A program made the translations under genes and the position numbers. From positions 14,180-78,179 of the forward strand of contig JAFVWS010000014.1 in assembly GCA_017501545.1 (NCBI GenBank): 64,000 nt of DNA, given 5' to 3'. A model generated the notes under the pieces. The model was given only the letters and a program-made list of their open reading frames with translations, was not told the origin of the DNA and did not search any database. Each line of letters opens with the position of its first letter. Within the stretch, counting starts at the first letter, position 1. Positions 36,201 through 46,182 of the stretch are shown piece after piece. The DNA is from Clostridia bacterium (GTDB lineage: Bacteria > Bacillota > Clostridia > Oscillospirales > CAG-272).

Positions 36201-36217
36201 TAGGTAAAATTTACCTA
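36201..36217. repeat. Perfect 8-1-8 palindrome TAGGTAAA-A-TTTACCTA
   Basis: Read directly. Lies between the divergent spoIIR and pfkA promoters. Confidence 0.85.
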
Positions 36218-36223
36218 AAAGTA

Positions 36224-36252
36224 TTGATTTTATAATATTATTATGTTAAAAT
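36224..36252 (+). promoter_or_regulatory. Sigma-A promoter TTGATT-17-TAAAAT (TG-extended) for pfkA
   Basis: TTGATTttataatattattaTGtTAAAAT. Confidence 0.55.
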
Positions 36253-36315
36253 ACTTGTGATTTTATTATTAATATTATTTGTCGGTAGATTTTCAATTTA
36301 CTGCAAGGAGCTTAT

Positions 36316-37383
36316 ATGGAAAATAAATTTAGAAGAATAGGCATTTTAACATCTGGCGGAGATGCACCTGGTATGAACGCTGTTATCAAGAGCGTTACCT
36401 GCGCAGCTATCTCTAAGGGTGTTGAGGTTATTGGCATTCTTGGTGGTTACTCTGGACTTATAAATGATAGAATTCGTCCTCTTACCAAAAATGACGTTGC
36501 AGACATTCAGTCATTAGGTGGCACCTATCTCTATTCTGACCGTTGCGACGAGTTTAAGACAGAGGAGGGTATGCAAAAGGCTATTGCTACCTGTAAGAAG
36601 CACAATATAGATGGAATTATCGCTATTGGCGGTGATGGTACATTTAGAGGTGCAACCGACCTAAGCATCAGAGGTATCCCTTGTATCGGTGTTTCTGGCA
36701 CTATAGATAACGACATTACTGCATCAGACATTACAGTTGGCTACGACACTGCTATGAACACTGTTATGAAGCTTGGAGATGCTCTACGTGACACCTGCGA
36801 ATCTCATGCACGCTGTAACGTAATTGAGGTTATGGGTAGAAATGCGGGCTATATTGCTATAGAAACTGGTCTTGCCTTAGGCGCAATCGGCGTTGCTGTT
36901 CAAGAAAAGCCATTTGACAAGGAGGCTCTCTTCAAAAAAATGAAGGAAGCACGTGCAAACGGCAGACGTAGCTTTATCGTCGTTGTTGCCGAGGGTCTCG
37001 GTGGTGAATTCAGCGAAAGCCTCGTTAAAGAAATTGAAGCAGCCACAGGTATTGAAACAAGATTTGTTCGCCCAGCTCACATTGTACGTGGTGGCACACC
37101 TACACTTGCTGATAGAAACTTTGCATCAAAATGCGGTGCTAAGGCTGTTGAAAAGCTTCTTGATGGGGTAAGCGACGTTGTTATCGTTTCTCGCCACGAT
37201 GAGATTACATCAATGGAAATAAAATTTGCTCTTATCCTTGACAGAATGTATAAAAACAAGCTCAAGGACGGTGACCTTGAAAAGTTTAGTGAGGCTCAAA
37301 TTGAGGAAATGAAAAAGATTTGCGATGAAAGACGTAAATACTTTGATGAAATGTACAACGTTGTTAATACAATTGGTTATTAA
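36316..37383 (+). CDS. pfkA: ATP-dependent 6-phosphofructokinase
   Basis: 355 aa. TSGGDAPGMNA, GGDGTFRGA (Gly at the G104 position) and SGTIDND (Gly at the G124 position) are the ATP-type signature. About 35-aa C-terminal extension. Confidence 0.92.
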   Translation: MENKFRRIGILTSGGDAPGMNAVIKSVTCAAISKGVEVIGILGGYSGLINDRIRPLTKNDVADIQSLGGTYLYSDRCDEFKTEEGMQKAIATCKKHNIDGIIAIGGDGTFRGATDLSIRGIPCIGVSGTIDNDITASDITVGYDTAMNTVMKLGDALRDTCESHARCNVIEVMGRNAGYIAIETGLALGAIGVAVQEKPFDKEALFKKMKEARANGRRSFIVVVAEGLGGEFSESLVKEIEAATGIETRFVRPAHIVRGGTPTLADRNFASKCGAKAVEKLLDGVSDVVIVSRHDEITSMEIKFALILDRMYKNKLKDGDLEKFSEAQIEEMKKICDERRKYFDEMYNVVNTIGY

Positions 37384-37384
37384 T

Positions 37385-37415
37385 AAAAGGGACTGCAAAA
37401 GCAGTCCTTTTTTTG
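37385..37415 (+). terminator. Rho-independent terminator after pfkA
   Basis: AAAAGGGACTGC-AAAA-GCAGTCCTTTTTTT. Confidence 0.85.
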
Positions 37416-37521
37416 ATAAAATTCAAGCATTTTAGATTATATTATGTTATGTTCATTTGTTCATATATTTATTTGAAGCCAAAATATGATGTTTTTCAAG
37501 CATAATAGTGATAAAAAGCGC

Positions 37522-37560
37522 AAAAAATAAGGCGTTACCGCTCGGTAACGCCTATTTTTT
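37522..37560 (-). terminator. Rho-independent terminator after rplQ (end of alpha operon)
   Basis: AGGCGTTACCG/CGGTAACGCCT stem flanked by A6 and T6 runs. Confidence 0.85.
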
Positions 37561-37570
37561 ATTAAGATAA

Positions 37571-37912
37571 TTAGTCAGCAAGCTTAATAAGTGCCATTTC
37601 AGCGGCGTCACCGCGTCTTGGACCGAGCTTGTAAACCTGTGTATAGCCACCTACTCTATCAGCATATTTTGGAGCTATAACATCAAAGAGCTTCTTTACT
37701 ACGTCTTCCTTTGTGATGTAAGCAAGAGCCTCTCTGCGTGCAGCAAGTGTATTCTTCTTGCCGAGTGTAATCATTTTATCAGCAACACTGCTAAGTTCCT
37801 TTGCTCTTGGAAGAGTGGTCTCGATTGAGCCCTTCTCGAGAAGCAAGGTAACCATACCACGGAGCATTGCTACTCTGTGTTCAGATGTTCTGCCGAGCTT
37901 TCTTGTTGGCAT
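37571..37912 (-). CDS. rplQ: 50S ribosomal protein L17
   Basis: Conserved L17 sequence (KLGRTSEHR). Last gene of the alpha operon. Confidence 0.97.
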   Translation of the reverse strand: MPTRKLGRTSEHRVAMLRGMVTLLLEKGSIETTLPRAKELSSVADKMITLGKKNTLAARREALAYITKEDVVKKLFDVIAPKYADRVGGYTQVYKLGPRRGDAAEMALIKLAD

Positions 37913-37986
37913 TGATTTGTCCTCCTTTGCCGATTCTTAATGCTGTAATTTCGTTACAGTTTGAGCCTATCGCTCTTATTTTTTAC

Positions 37987-38958
37987 TTAGTCCTCTTCTT
38001 TTCTAAGAGCAAGGCCAAGTGAATCAAGTTTATTTTTAACTTCATCGAGGGATTTCTTACCGAGATTCTTAAACTTAATCATATCTTCCTCTGTGCGGTT
38101 GATAAGATCCTCTACGGTATCGATGCCTGCGCGCTTCAAGCAGTTGAAGCTACGTACAGACAATTCAAGATCATCAATGGACATTTCAAGGTATTTTTCC
38201 TTCTTGGTTTCCTCGCGTTCAACCATAGTTTCAGCGTTTCTTGCCTCATCAGAGAGGTCAACAAACAAAGTGAAATGATCGTTGAGTATCTTGGCTGCTA
38301 ATGAAATTGCATCAGTTGCCCCAATGGTGCCGTTTGTCTCTACTTCTACTGTCAATTTATCAAAATCGGCGATGCTTCCTACTCTTGTGTTTTCAACATT
38401 GTAGCTTACGTTGTACACTGGTGTGTAGATTGAGTCAGTAAAGATGGTTCCAATAGCTACTGGAATTTGGCTCTTTATATGGTCATTCTTGTTCTTTTCT
38501 TGTGAAACGTAACCACGACCACGCTCAAATGTAAGCTCCATGTAAAAACGAGTACCCTCGCTAAGTGTAGCGATGTGAAGATCTGGATTGAAAATTTCAA
38601 GATCTGCATCTGGTGTGATGTCGCCTGCAGTAACCTCGCAAGGACCAACCTTATCAATGCAAACTGTCTTTACAGTGTCAGAACCATGAATTTTTGATAC
38701 GATTCCCTTAACATTAAGTACAATTTCAGTAATATCCTCAGTTACACCCTCAAGGCTTGAGATTTCGTGTAAAACACCATCTATCTTAATTGATGAAACA
38801 GCATATCCTGGAAGTGAGCTTAAAAGAACACGTCTTAGTGAGTTACCAAGAGTTGTACCAAAGCCTCTTTCAAGTGGTTCAATAACAAATTTTCCCTTTT
38901 TACCGTCTTCGCTTTCGCTAACGATTGTAATGTTCGGCTTTTCGATTTCTATCATCAT
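37987..38958 (-). CDS. rpoA: DNA-directed RNA polymerase alpha subunit
   Basis: MIEIEKP... N-terminus and a C-terminal domain with [16 protein letters not shown]. The start could be the second ATG (38955). Confidence 0.97.
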   Translation of the reverse strand: MMIEIEKPNITIVSESEDGKKGKFVIEPLERGFGTTLGNSLRRVLLSSLPGYAVSSIKIDGVLHEISSLEGVTEDITEIVLNVKGIVSKIHGSDTVKTVCIDKVGPCEVTAGDITPDADLEIFNPDLHIATLSEGTRFYMELTFERGRGYVSQEKNKNDHIKSQIPVAIGTIFTDSIYTPVYNVSYNVENTRVGSIADFDKLTVEVETNGTIGATDAISLAAKILNDHFTLFVDLSDEARNAETMVEREETKKEKYLEMSIDDLELSVRSFNCLKRAGIDTVEDLINRTEEDMIKFKNLGKKSLDEVKNKLDSLGLALRKEED

Positions 38959-39118
38959 AATTAAATAACCCTCCTATATTTCAATATATGCAATTGGTCT
39001 TTTTTCCCGCCGTTTGGGAAGTGTCGTTTTACATAACATTGATGTCAACCGTCGTTTCGCACTCCACGTGCGAGCTCTACACCTCCAAATATGGAGGCGT
39101 ACAGTCGACAAAGAGTTA

Positions 39119-39739
39119 TTATTTTGAGTAAAGCTCGATGATGAGCTGCTCGTTGAATTCGAAGTCGATATCGTCACGCTCTGGCATAGCGATTATCTTT
39201 GCAACGCCTGCGTTCTTATCAAGCTCAAGCCACTTTGGTGCAATCTTGTCGCCCATAGCTTCAACGAGTTCCTTAATTTTTGTTGATTCTGTTTCCTTAA
39301 CAGCAACAACGTCTCCAACCTTAACAAGTATTGAAGGGATGTTTGCCTTGTGGCCATTCAATGTGAAGTGACCGTGAAGCACGAGCTGACGAGCTTCCTT
39401 GTGGCTGTTTGCAAGTCCCATTCTGTAAACTACATTGTCAAGTCTTCTTTCAAGAAGGCGGAGAAGGTTTTCACCAGCAATACCCTCTTGGTTGTCGGCC
39501 TTTACATAGTAGTTCTTGAATTGCTTTTCAAGAACGCCATAATATCTTTTTGCCTTCTGCTTTTCACGAAGCTGCATACCGTATTCGGTCATCTTCTTCT
39601 TTGCAGCGCCATGTTGTCCAGGAGCAGATGTTCTTCTATTTAGTGCACACTTGTCGGAAAGGCAACGCTCACCCTTAAGGTAAAGCTTTGTACCCTCTCT
39701 ACGGCAAAGCTTGCATGAAGGTCCTGTATATCTTGCCAT
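39119..39739 (-). CDS. rpsD: 30S ribosomal protein S4 (zinc-finger form)
   Basis: [31 protein letters not shown]. Canonical operon position. Confidence 0.97.
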   Translation of the reverse strand: MARYTGPSCKLCRREGTKLYLKGERCLSDKCALNRRTSAPGQHGAAKKKMTEYGMQLREKQKAKRYYGVLEKQFKNYYVKADNQEGIAGENLLRLLERRLDNVVYRMGLANSHKEARQLVLHGHFTLNGHKANIPSILVKVGDVVAVKETESTKIKELVEAMGDKIAPKWLELDKNAGVAKIIAMPERDDIDFEFNEQLIIELYSK

Positions 39740-39760
39740 TTTGTAAGTCCTCCTATTAGA

Positions 39761-40150
39761 TTAAACGCGTCTGCGTTTTGGTGGTCTGCATCCGTTGTGA
39801 GGAATTGGAGTTACGTCTTTAATCATAGTAACTTGTAGTCCTGCAGTTGAAAGTGCACGAATTGCAGATTCACGACCCTGACCTGGGCCCTTTACATAAA
39901 CTTCAACGGTTTTCATGCCGTGTTCCATTGCGGCCTTAGCTGCAGCTTCAGCAGCCATTTGTGCAGCAAATGGTGTAGATTTTCTGGAACCCTTGTAACC
40001 AAGCTCACCAGCAGATGCCCAAGAAACAGCGTTTCCTGCTACGTCTGTGATGGTAACTATTGTGTTATTAAAGGTTGAGCAGATGTGTGCAGCGCCTTTT
40101 TCAATATTTTTGCGCTCACGACGTTTTTTAGTTACTCTCTTTTCTGCCAT
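39761..40150 (-). CDS. rpsK: 30S ribosomal protein S11
   Basis: Conserved S11 sequence and gene order. Confidence 0.97.
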   Translation of the reverse strand: MAEKRVTKKRRERKNIEKGAAHICSTFNNTIVTITDVAGNAVSWASAGELGYKGSRKSTPFAAQMAAEAAAKAAMEHGMKTVEVYVKGPGQGRESAIRALSTAGLQVTMIKDVTPIPHNGCRPPKRRRV

Positions 40151-40163
40151 TTAGCTACACTCC

Positions 40164-40532
40164 TTATTTCTTCTTGTTAGCTATTGTCTTTGCAGGACCC
40201 TTGCGAGTTCTTGCATTTGTCTTTGTTCTTTGTCCTCTTACAGGAAGACCTTTTCTGTGTCTAGTACCGCGATAGCAGTTGATTTCAACTAGACGCTTAA
40301 TATTGAGGGCAACCTCACGACGAAGTTCACCTTCAACATGGTAATTTGTTTCGATTTCATCACGAAGCTTCGCGATTTCATCTTCAGTCAAATCTTTTGC
40401 GCGTGTGTCAGGGTTGATTCCTGTCTTAGCAAGAATGTCCTGTGCGCTCTTTAATCCGATACCGTAAATGTATGTTAAAGCAACTTCAACACGTTTTGCG
40501 TTCGGAATGTCAACACCAGCTATACGAGCCAT
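40164..40532 (-). CDS. rpsM: 30S ribosomal protein S13
   Basis: [10 protein letters not shown]... conserved S13 sequence and gene order. Confidence 0.97.
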   Translation of the reverse strand: MARIAGVDIPNAKRVEVALTYIYGIGLKSAQDILAKTGINPDTRAKDLTEDEIAKLRDEIETNYHVEGELRREVALNIKRLVEINCYRGTRHRKGLPVRGQRTKTNARTRKGPAKTIANKKK

Positions 40533-40561
40533 TTGTTTTCTCCTTTTCGGTTTGGTTAGAA

Positions 40562-40675
40562 TTAGCCCTGTCTCTGTTTGTGCTTAGGATTTTCGCAGAT
40601 AACCATAACGTTACCTTTTCTCTTAATAATCTTGCACTTATCACAGATTTTCTTTACGGAAGGCTTTACTTTCAT
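40562..40675 (-). CDS. rpmJ: 50S ribosomal protein L36 (zinc form)
   Basis: Own translation [37 protein letters not shown] (37 aa). Below the ORF-track cutoff. Confidence 0.95.
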   Translation of the reverse strand: MKVKPSVKKICDKCKIIKRKGNVMVICENPKHKQRQG

Positions 40676-40691
40676 TATAAAACCACCTTTC

Positions 40692-40910
40692 TTATTTAGC
40701 GCGCCATGTGATTCGTCCCTTTGTGAGGTCATATACTGAAACCTCTACGGTAACCTTGTCACCTGGCAATATTCTTATATAATTTAATCTTAATTTGCCT
40801 GAAATATGGGCGGTAATTATGTGCCCATTAGGCAGTTTAACCTTGAAGGTCGCGTTAGGAAGTGCTTCTGTAACTACGCCTTCAAATTCCATTACGTTTT
40901 CTTTTCCCAT
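40692..40910 (-). CDS. infA: Translation initiation factor IF-1
   Basis: 72 aa S1-fold sequence ([21 protein letters not shown]). Confidence 0.97.
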   Translation of the reverse strand: MGKENVMEFEGVVTEALPNATFKVKLPNGHIITAHISGKLRLNYIRILPGDKVTVEVSVYDLTKGRITWRAK

Positions 40911-40983
40911 ATAATCCTCTCATTATTCTACGTTATATTCAGTCCGTGACTTGAAGTAACGAGCAAGTCAAACGGTTTAGCTT

Positions 40984-41019
40984 ATCCTTCAAAATTCAGC
41001 CGCGTTGAAGGATTTTTTT
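40984..41019 (+). terminator. Terminator-shaped hairpin oriented antisense to the r-protein operon
   Basis: ATCCTTCAA-12 nt-TTGAAGGAT followed by a T7 run on the plus strand only. Lies in the map-infA spacer. Confidence 0.5.
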
Positions 41020-41028
41020 CTTGGTAGG

Positions 41029-41787
41029 TTAGTCAACCTTCGTCAAAAGAATGATACCGTTATTTGTTACTGCAATGCTGTGCTCATAATGAGCTGAGAG
41101 CTTTCCGTCGAGTGTAACCACTGTCCAGCCATCAGAAAGAACCTTAACTCTTTGTGTGCCCTCGTTAATCATAGGCTCAACTGCTAAGGTCATACCAGGG
41201 TAGATTCTAACTCCACGACCTTGTGTTCCATAGTTCGGAACGTTAGGGTCCTCGTGAAGCTCGCTGCCTACGCCGTGGCCTGTAAACTCCTCAACCACTG
41301 AAAAGCCATTCGTGCGTGCATGGTTGGCAATTGCATACCCTAAGTCGCCTAAACGCGGATTTGGGGTGTTCTCGATTGCCTCGATGCCCTTATAAAAGCT
41401 TTCTTCTGTGATTTTGATGAGCTTTTTGGCGTTTTCGGAAATTTCTCCTACTGCAAATGTTGCAGCGCTATCGCCTGTAAAGCCCTTCCACTCTGCACCG
41501 ACGTCAATTTTTACAATGTCGCCGTTTTTAAGTATCTTATCATTCGAGGGAATACCATGTATTACCTCGCTATTGATACTGATACAAGCGCTTCCTGGAA
41601 AGCCGCCGTATCCAAGAAATGTTGGCTTTGCACCACATTTCTTGATATACGTACGAATTTTATCATCTATTTGTTTAGTTGTGACACCTTCCCTAATCAT
41701 TTCCTTTGCAACGAGTAATGCTTCGCCGGTAATTCTACCAGCAATCTTCATTAGCTCAATTTGCTCTGGGGTTTTCAACTGAATCAT
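41029..41787 (-). CDS. map: Type I methionine aminopeptidase
   Basis: 252 aa. Metal ligands in DIVKIDVGA, FTGHGVG and LAVEPM. Confidence 0.95.
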   Translation of the reverse strand: MIQLKTPEQIELMKIAGRITGEALLVAKEMIREGVTTKQIDDKIRTYIKKCGAKPTFLGYGGFPGSACISINSEVIHGIPSNDKILKNGDIVKIDVGAEWKGFTGDSAATFAVGEISENAKKLIKITEESFYKGIEAIENTPNPRLGDLGYAIANHARTNGFSVVEEFTGHGVGSELHEDPNVPNYGTQGRGVRIYPGMTLAVEPMINEGTQRVKVLSDGWTVVTLDGKLSAHYEHSIAVTNNGIILLTKVD

Positions 41788-41789
41788 AA

Positions 41790-42440
41790 TTACTTAATTG
41801 CGTTCTCGATTGCGCTAAGTGTAAGAGCAGTTGTATCTTTAACTTCCTCTTGGCCCTCAACAAGCACGAGTACGCCCTTTTTGCCGTAGAAATCCTTTAG
41901 GGGCTCTGTTTGGTTGTGATAAACATTAAGTCTATCAAGAACAACCTCTGGAGCATCATCCTTACGAATTGAGAGTGCTTCGCCACATTTGTCGCAGTTT
42001 GCACCATCATTTGAAGGATTATATAAGATGTGGTAAGAAGCACCGCATTTTGCGCAGACACGTCTGCCACTCATACGCTCAACAATTTTTTCATCCGCAA
42101 CCTCAAGACTAACAACGCAGTTGATATCAACTCCCATTTTGTCAAGTGCTTCAGCTTGTGGAACAGTTCTTGGGAAGCCATCAAGGATAAAGCCGTTTTG
42201 GCAATCATCCTTCTTAAGCCTTTCACCGATAATTCCGATAACAACCTCGTCAGGAACGAGTGCACCCTTTTCGGTGTAAGCCTTAGCAGCTAAGCCCATT
42301 TCTGTATTGTTTTTAATTGCTTCTCTTATCATAACGCCGGTAGAAATGGTAGGAATACCATACTTCTCAGCGACTATGTCTGATTGTGTTCCCTTACCTG
42401 CACCAGGTGCACCAAGGAAAATCATTTTAAGATTCTTCAT
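41790..42440 (-). CDS. adk: Adenylate kinase (zinc-lid form)
   Basis: LGAPGAGKGTQ P-loop; lid CAKCGASYH...CDKCGE. Start set at MKNLKMIFLG (AAGGAG RBS 7 nt upstream) rather than the longer ORF that overlaps secY. Confidence 0.93.
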   Translation of the reverse strand: MKNLKMIFLGAPGAGKGTQSDIVAEKYGIPTISTGVMIREAIKNNTEMGLAAKAYTEKGALVPDEVVIGIIGERLKKDDCQNGFILDGFPRTVPQAEALDKMGVDINCVVSLEVADEKIVERMSGRRVCAKCGASYHILYNPSNDGANCDKCGEALSIRKDDAPEVVLDRLNVYHNQTEPLKDFYGKKGVLVLVEGQEEVKDTTALTLSAIENAIK

Positions 42441-42453
42441 AGTTAACTCCTTA

Positions 42454-43956
42454 TTAACCAAGGAAGCCCTTGTAGTGACGCATTGTCATTTGTGCTTCCA
42501 TCTCTCTTACAACCTCAAGTACAACACCTACAACGATGATGATTGATGTACCGATTGTAGCAAGCTCGCTAAGGTAAGTGAATGACCAGAAAGCGATGTT
42601 TACATTACCAACAAATTCATCAACCTTTGCGTATCTAATCCACTCTAATACAACGTTGATTATAAGTGGAACTACAGCGATTACTGAAAGTGCAAGAGCG
42701 CCAATAAAGGTAACTCTTGAGAGAACCTTTTTAATGAATGATGATGTTGCCTTGCCAGGACGAATACCTGGAATTGCGCCACCATTCTTTTGTATATTTC
42801 CTGCAACCTCTGTTGGGTTAAAGGAAATTGCAACATAGAAATATGCAAACGCAAGAATCATAGCAAATGTGAGTATGCAATATACCCAGTGTGTGCTTGA
42901 GAAGATTCTTACAATGTTATACCAAACAACGCGTACAGTTCCATCGTCCTTAACTACAGGAACGAATTGTGATATCATTGCTGGAATTGTAATGATTGCA
43001 TTTGCGAAGATAACAGGCATTACACCTGCCATATTTAGTTTGAGCGGAATATTTGAGTTTTGTCCGCCGTACATCTTTCTACCAACAACTCTCTTTGCGT
43101 ATTGTACTGGAATCTTACGCTCACTATCAGAGATGAAGATAATGAACCACATCATAGCGAGAAGTCCTACAAGTACAAATACTGTAAAGATGATTGAACC
43201 AACTGGGAATGGGTTTGGTTCAAGTGCTGAGTCTGGAACTGGTACAAACTTGTCGCCAGCACCAAGAGTTTGACCAAGGCCTTTCGCTGAGAGAATACCC
43301 ATTTCTGTTTGGAACATATTTACAAACTTTGTAAATAGTGGGAGTGCACGGGATACGATATTTGCAAACAAGATGATTGAAATACCATTACCGATACCCT
43401 TGTCGTTGATTTTTTCTGCAAGCCACATAACGATTGATGAACCTGCGCAATAGCATGCTACAATAACTACTGCAAGTAAAATGTCAAGCACCTTTTGACC
43501 AGCCTCGTTCTCGACAGTGATAAATGTGCTTACTCCGAAGAATGGGTCCTCAAATGCGCCATTGTACTTGAGCAAGAAGTAGTAGCCAAGACCTGTTATA
43601 AGTGAGATTGCAATTGTAACATATCTTGTGATTTGGGTAATCTTTTTCTTACCCTCCTCGCCTTGCTTTGCAAGTCTTTCAAGTGGTGGGATTGCAACTG
43701 AAAGAAGTTGAATTACGATTGATGCGGTGATGTATGGAGATACACCAAGCGCGAATAGTGAAGCTTGTTCGAATGCACCACCTGACAAGGTGTTAAGGAA
43801 TTCGAATGTAGTTCCTGTTGTTGACATTGTAAAGTCACCAACGAATGGAACTGGAATAGCTGCACCGATTCTATAAATTACTATAATAAGTAATGTGAAT
43901 AAAATCTTTTTTCTTAAATCTACAATTTTCCAAGCGTTAGCTAAGGTTTTAAACAT
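42454..43956 (-). CDS. secY: Preprotein translocase subunit SecY (500 aa, expanded)
   Basis: Conserved SecY blocks (GVSPYITASIVIQLL, GIGNGISIILFANIV, GGAIPGIRPGKAT) and the canonical position between rplO and adk. Confidence 0.95.
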   Translation of the reverse strand: MFKTLANAWKIVDLRKKILFTLLIIVIYRIGAAIPVPFVGDFTMSTTGTTFEFLNTLSGGAFEQASLFALGVSPYITASIVIQLLSVAIPPLERLAKQGEEGKKKITQITRYVTIAISLITGLGYYFLLKYNGAFEDPFFGVSTFITVENEAGQKVLDILLAVVIVACYCAGSSIVMWLAEKINDKGIGNGISIILFANIVSRALPLFTKFVNMFQTEMGILSAKGLGQTLGAGDKFVPVPDSALEPNPFPVGSIIFTVFVLVGLLAMMWFIIFISDSERKIPVQYAKRVVGRKMYGGQNSNIPLKLNMAGVMPVIFANAIITIPAMISQFVPVVKDDGTVRVVWYNIVRIFSSTHWVYCILTFAMILAFAYFYVAISFNPTEVAGNIQKNGGAIPGIRPGKATSSFIKKVLSRVTFIGALALSVIAVVPLIINVVLEWIRYAKVDEFVGNVNIAFWSFTYLSELATIGTSIIIVVGVVLEVVREMEAQMTMRHYKGFLG

Positions 43957-43958
43957 AA

Positions 43959-44399
43959 TTATTTCACCTCGGCATTTCCGCCTGCTGCTTCGATTTTCTC
44001 TTTAGCTGTTGCTGTGAAAATCTTAGCTTCAACAGTGAGCTTCTTTGTGAGCTCGCCGTTACCAAGCACTTTAAGTCCGTCATATTCCTTGCGTACGATA
44101 CCACAGTTTACAAGTGACTCAAGAGTTACTGTTGCGCCGTCCTCAAATTTGTTAAGATCGCTAACATTGATAGTTGCATAAGCTTTTGCAAATTTATTGT
44201 TAAATCCTCTTTTAGGGAGTTTTCTGTATAGTGGGAGCTGACCGCCTTCAAAGCCTGGTCTTACTCCTCCGCCTGAACGTGCGTTTTGACCTTTATGTCC
44301 CTTGCCTGCTGTTTTACCGTTACCAGAACCTGGACCTCTACCTTTACGCCATGCTGCTTTAGCTGAGCCTGCAGCTGGAGAAAGTTCGTGGAGCTTCAT
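43959..44399 (-). CDS. rplO: 50S ribosomal protein L15
   Basis: Conserved L15 sequence and gene order. Confidence 0.97.
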   Translation of the reverse strand: MKLHELSPAAGSAKAAWRKGRGPGSGNGKTAGKGHKGQNARSGGGVRPGFEGGQLPLYRKLPKRGFNNKFAKAYATINVSDLNKFEDGATVTLESLVNCGIVRKEYDGLKVLGNGELTKKLTVEAKIFTATAKEKIEAAGGNAEVK

Positions 44400-44476
44400 A
44401 TTTTTTCCTCCTTTTGAAATTGATTTTTTAGGATTGATTGTTTTTCAACCAATTTCTGCCCTTTGGCAGTCTTAAG

Positions 44477-44656
44477 TTATACGTTTTCTACCTTTACGAG
44501 GTGTGAAATAACTTTGATTTTGCCTGCCAAAACCTGATCGTTTTTACAAACGATGCTGTTACCAATCTTGGTAAGGCCAAGAGATTTTGCTGTTGCAATT
44601 TGGTTAGGCTTGCAAGCTATAAGACTCTTTACGAGAGTTACCTTTACGTTTTCCAT
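44477..44656 (-). CDS. rpmD: 50S ribosomal protein L30
   Basis: Own translation MENVKVTLVKSLIACKPNQIATAKSLGLTKIGNSIVCKNDQVLAGKIKVISHLVKVENV (59 aa). Below the ORF-track cutoff. Confidence 0.93.
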   Translation of the reverse strand: MENVKVTLVKSLIACKPNQIATAKSLGLTKIGNSIVCKNDQVLAGKIKVISHLVKVENV

Positions 44657-44669
44657 CTTATAGACCTCC

Positions 44670-45173
44670 TTAACCTAATACTTTCTCAGCGGCGATGCCA
44701 CGAGTCTTTGCAACTTCTTCTACGCTACGGAGCTGCTTCAAACCTTCAAATGTAGCCTTAACTACGTTTGTCTTGTTGTTTGAACGGAGGCTCTTAGCTC
44801 TGATATTTTTAATACCTGCAAGCTCTAATACAGCACGAACTGTTTGGCCTGCGATAATTCCTGTACCGAGGGCAGCTGGCTTAAGAAGTACAGTACCTGC
44901 ACCAAACTTACCAATAACCTCGTGTGGAATTGTTGTATCCTTAATTGATACCTTAATCATGTTCTTTTTAGCATCCTCGATACCCTTGCGGATTGCGTCA
45001 GGAACCTCAGCTGCTTTACCAAGACCGTAACCTACGTGTCCGTTACCGTCACCAACAACCATAAGAGCTGTGAAGCGAGCGATACGACCACCCTTTACTG
45101 TCTTTGAAACACGGTTGAGTGCAACCATTCTCTCTTGAAGATCAAGAGTAGCTGCGTCGATTTTAATTGACAT
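44670..45173 (-). CDS. rpsE: 30S ribosomal protein S5
   Basis: Conserved S5 sequence and gene order. Confidence 0.97.
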   Translation of the reverse strand: MSIKIDAATLDLQERMVALNRVSKTVKGGRIARFTALMVVGDGNGHVGYGLGKAAEVPDAIRKGIEDAKKNMIKVSIKDTTIPHEVIGKFGAGTVLLKPAALGTGIIAGQTVRAVLELAGIKNIRAKSLRSNNKTNVVKATFEGLKQLRSVEEVAKTRGIAAEKVLG

Positions 45174-45244
45174 TATAATTTCTCCTCTTTTTGTTTAATT
45201 AACTTAAACAGTGTACAAACCAGAACACTTGCTTTGAAGCTCAA

Positions 45245-45604
45245 TTAGAACTTCAAGCCGCCTTCTCTTGCGCCTTCTGCAAGCTCTGATACACGTCCGT
45301 GATATACATAACCGCCACGGTCAAATACAACTGTGTCGATTCCCTTTGCGAGTGCTTTTTCAGCAATCTTAAGGCCTACCTTCTTAGCAGCCTCCTTATT
45401 GCTTCCGATACCTTCAAATCCGGCCTCCATGGTAGAAGCGGAAACGAGGGTTACGCCTGCCTCATCATCAATGATTTGGCATGAGATATTCTTGTTTGAA
45501 CGATAAACGCATAGACGTGGACGGCTTGCAGTTCCTGAAATCTTTCCACGAACTCTTGCATGTCTCTTAAGTCTTTGAGCGTTGCTATCTTTTCTTGATA
45601 CCAT
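45245..45604 (-). CDS. rplR: 50S ribosomal protein L18
   Basis: Conserved L18 sequence and gene order. Confidence 0.97.
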   Translation of the reverse strand: MVSRKDSNAQRLKRHARVRGKISGTASRPRLCVYRSNKNISCQIIDDEAGVTLVSASTMEAGFEGIGSNKEAAKKVGLKIAEKALAKGIDTVVFDRGGYVYHGRVSELAEGAREGGLKF

Positions 45605-45622
45605 CTTTTTCCTCTCCTTTCA

Positions 45623-46165
45623 TTATTTGCCGGTCTTACCGGATTTACGACGAATCTTTTCGCCTTCGTATTTAATACCCTTGCCCTTATATGGCTCTGG
45701 AGCTCTTCTTGAACGAACATATGCTGCAGTCTCGCCAACAACCTGCTTGTCAATACCCTTAACGATAATTGTATTTGCATCAGGTGTTTCGAATGTGATT
45801 CCCTCTGGAGCATCTACGATAACTGGGTGTGAGTAACCAAGTGTGAGGTTGAGTGCTTTGCCTTGCATTGCAACTCTGTAACCAACACCGTTAACCTCGA
45901 GCTTCTTTGAGTAGCCCTCTGTTACACCAACTACCATGTTGTAAATAAGAGTTCTTGTAAGACCATGAAGTGCGCGGTCTTCCTTTTCGTCGCTTGGACG
46001 AGTAACAGTGATTACGTTATTTTCACAAACAACGTTCATTCTGTTGTGATAATTTTGTGTTAATGTACCCTTAGGGCCCTTTACGGTAACAACTGCGTTA
46101 GCTGCATCTACAGTAACTGTTACGCCAGCAGGAACATTAATTGGAGCTCTTCCTATTCTTGACAT
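45623..46165 (-). CDS. rplF: 50S ribosomal protein L6
   Basis: Starts MSRIGRAPI with GGAGGT RBS. The longer track ORF overlaps the end of rpsH. Confidence 0.96.
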   Translation of the reverse strand: MSRIGRAPINVPAGVTVTVDAANAVVTVKGPKGTLTQNYHNRMNVVCENNVITVTRPSDEKEDRALHGLTRTLIYNMVVGVTEGYSKKLEVNGVGYRVAMQGKALNLTLGYSHPVIVDAPEGITFETPDANTIIVKGIDKQVVGETAAYVRSRRAPEPYKGKGIKYEGEKIRRKSGKTGK

Positions 46166-46182
46166 ATCTGTTACCTCCCGTA

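Noticed and set aside
37458-37471. 14-nt exact repeat TGTTCATATATTTA, shared with 63921-63934. Both copies lie in intergenic DNA near terminators.
   Set aside because: A single 14-mer match between AT-rich regions in 64 kb searched on both strands is within chance expectation. There is no flanking similarity and no inverted-repeat or mobile-element context.
45451-45813. 120-aa alternative-frame ORF spanning rplR/rplF, and a 102-aa ORF at 50424-50732 spanning rpsS/rplB.
   Set aside because: Both are out-of-frame overlaps of highly conserved ribosomal protein genes and have no translation signals of their own.
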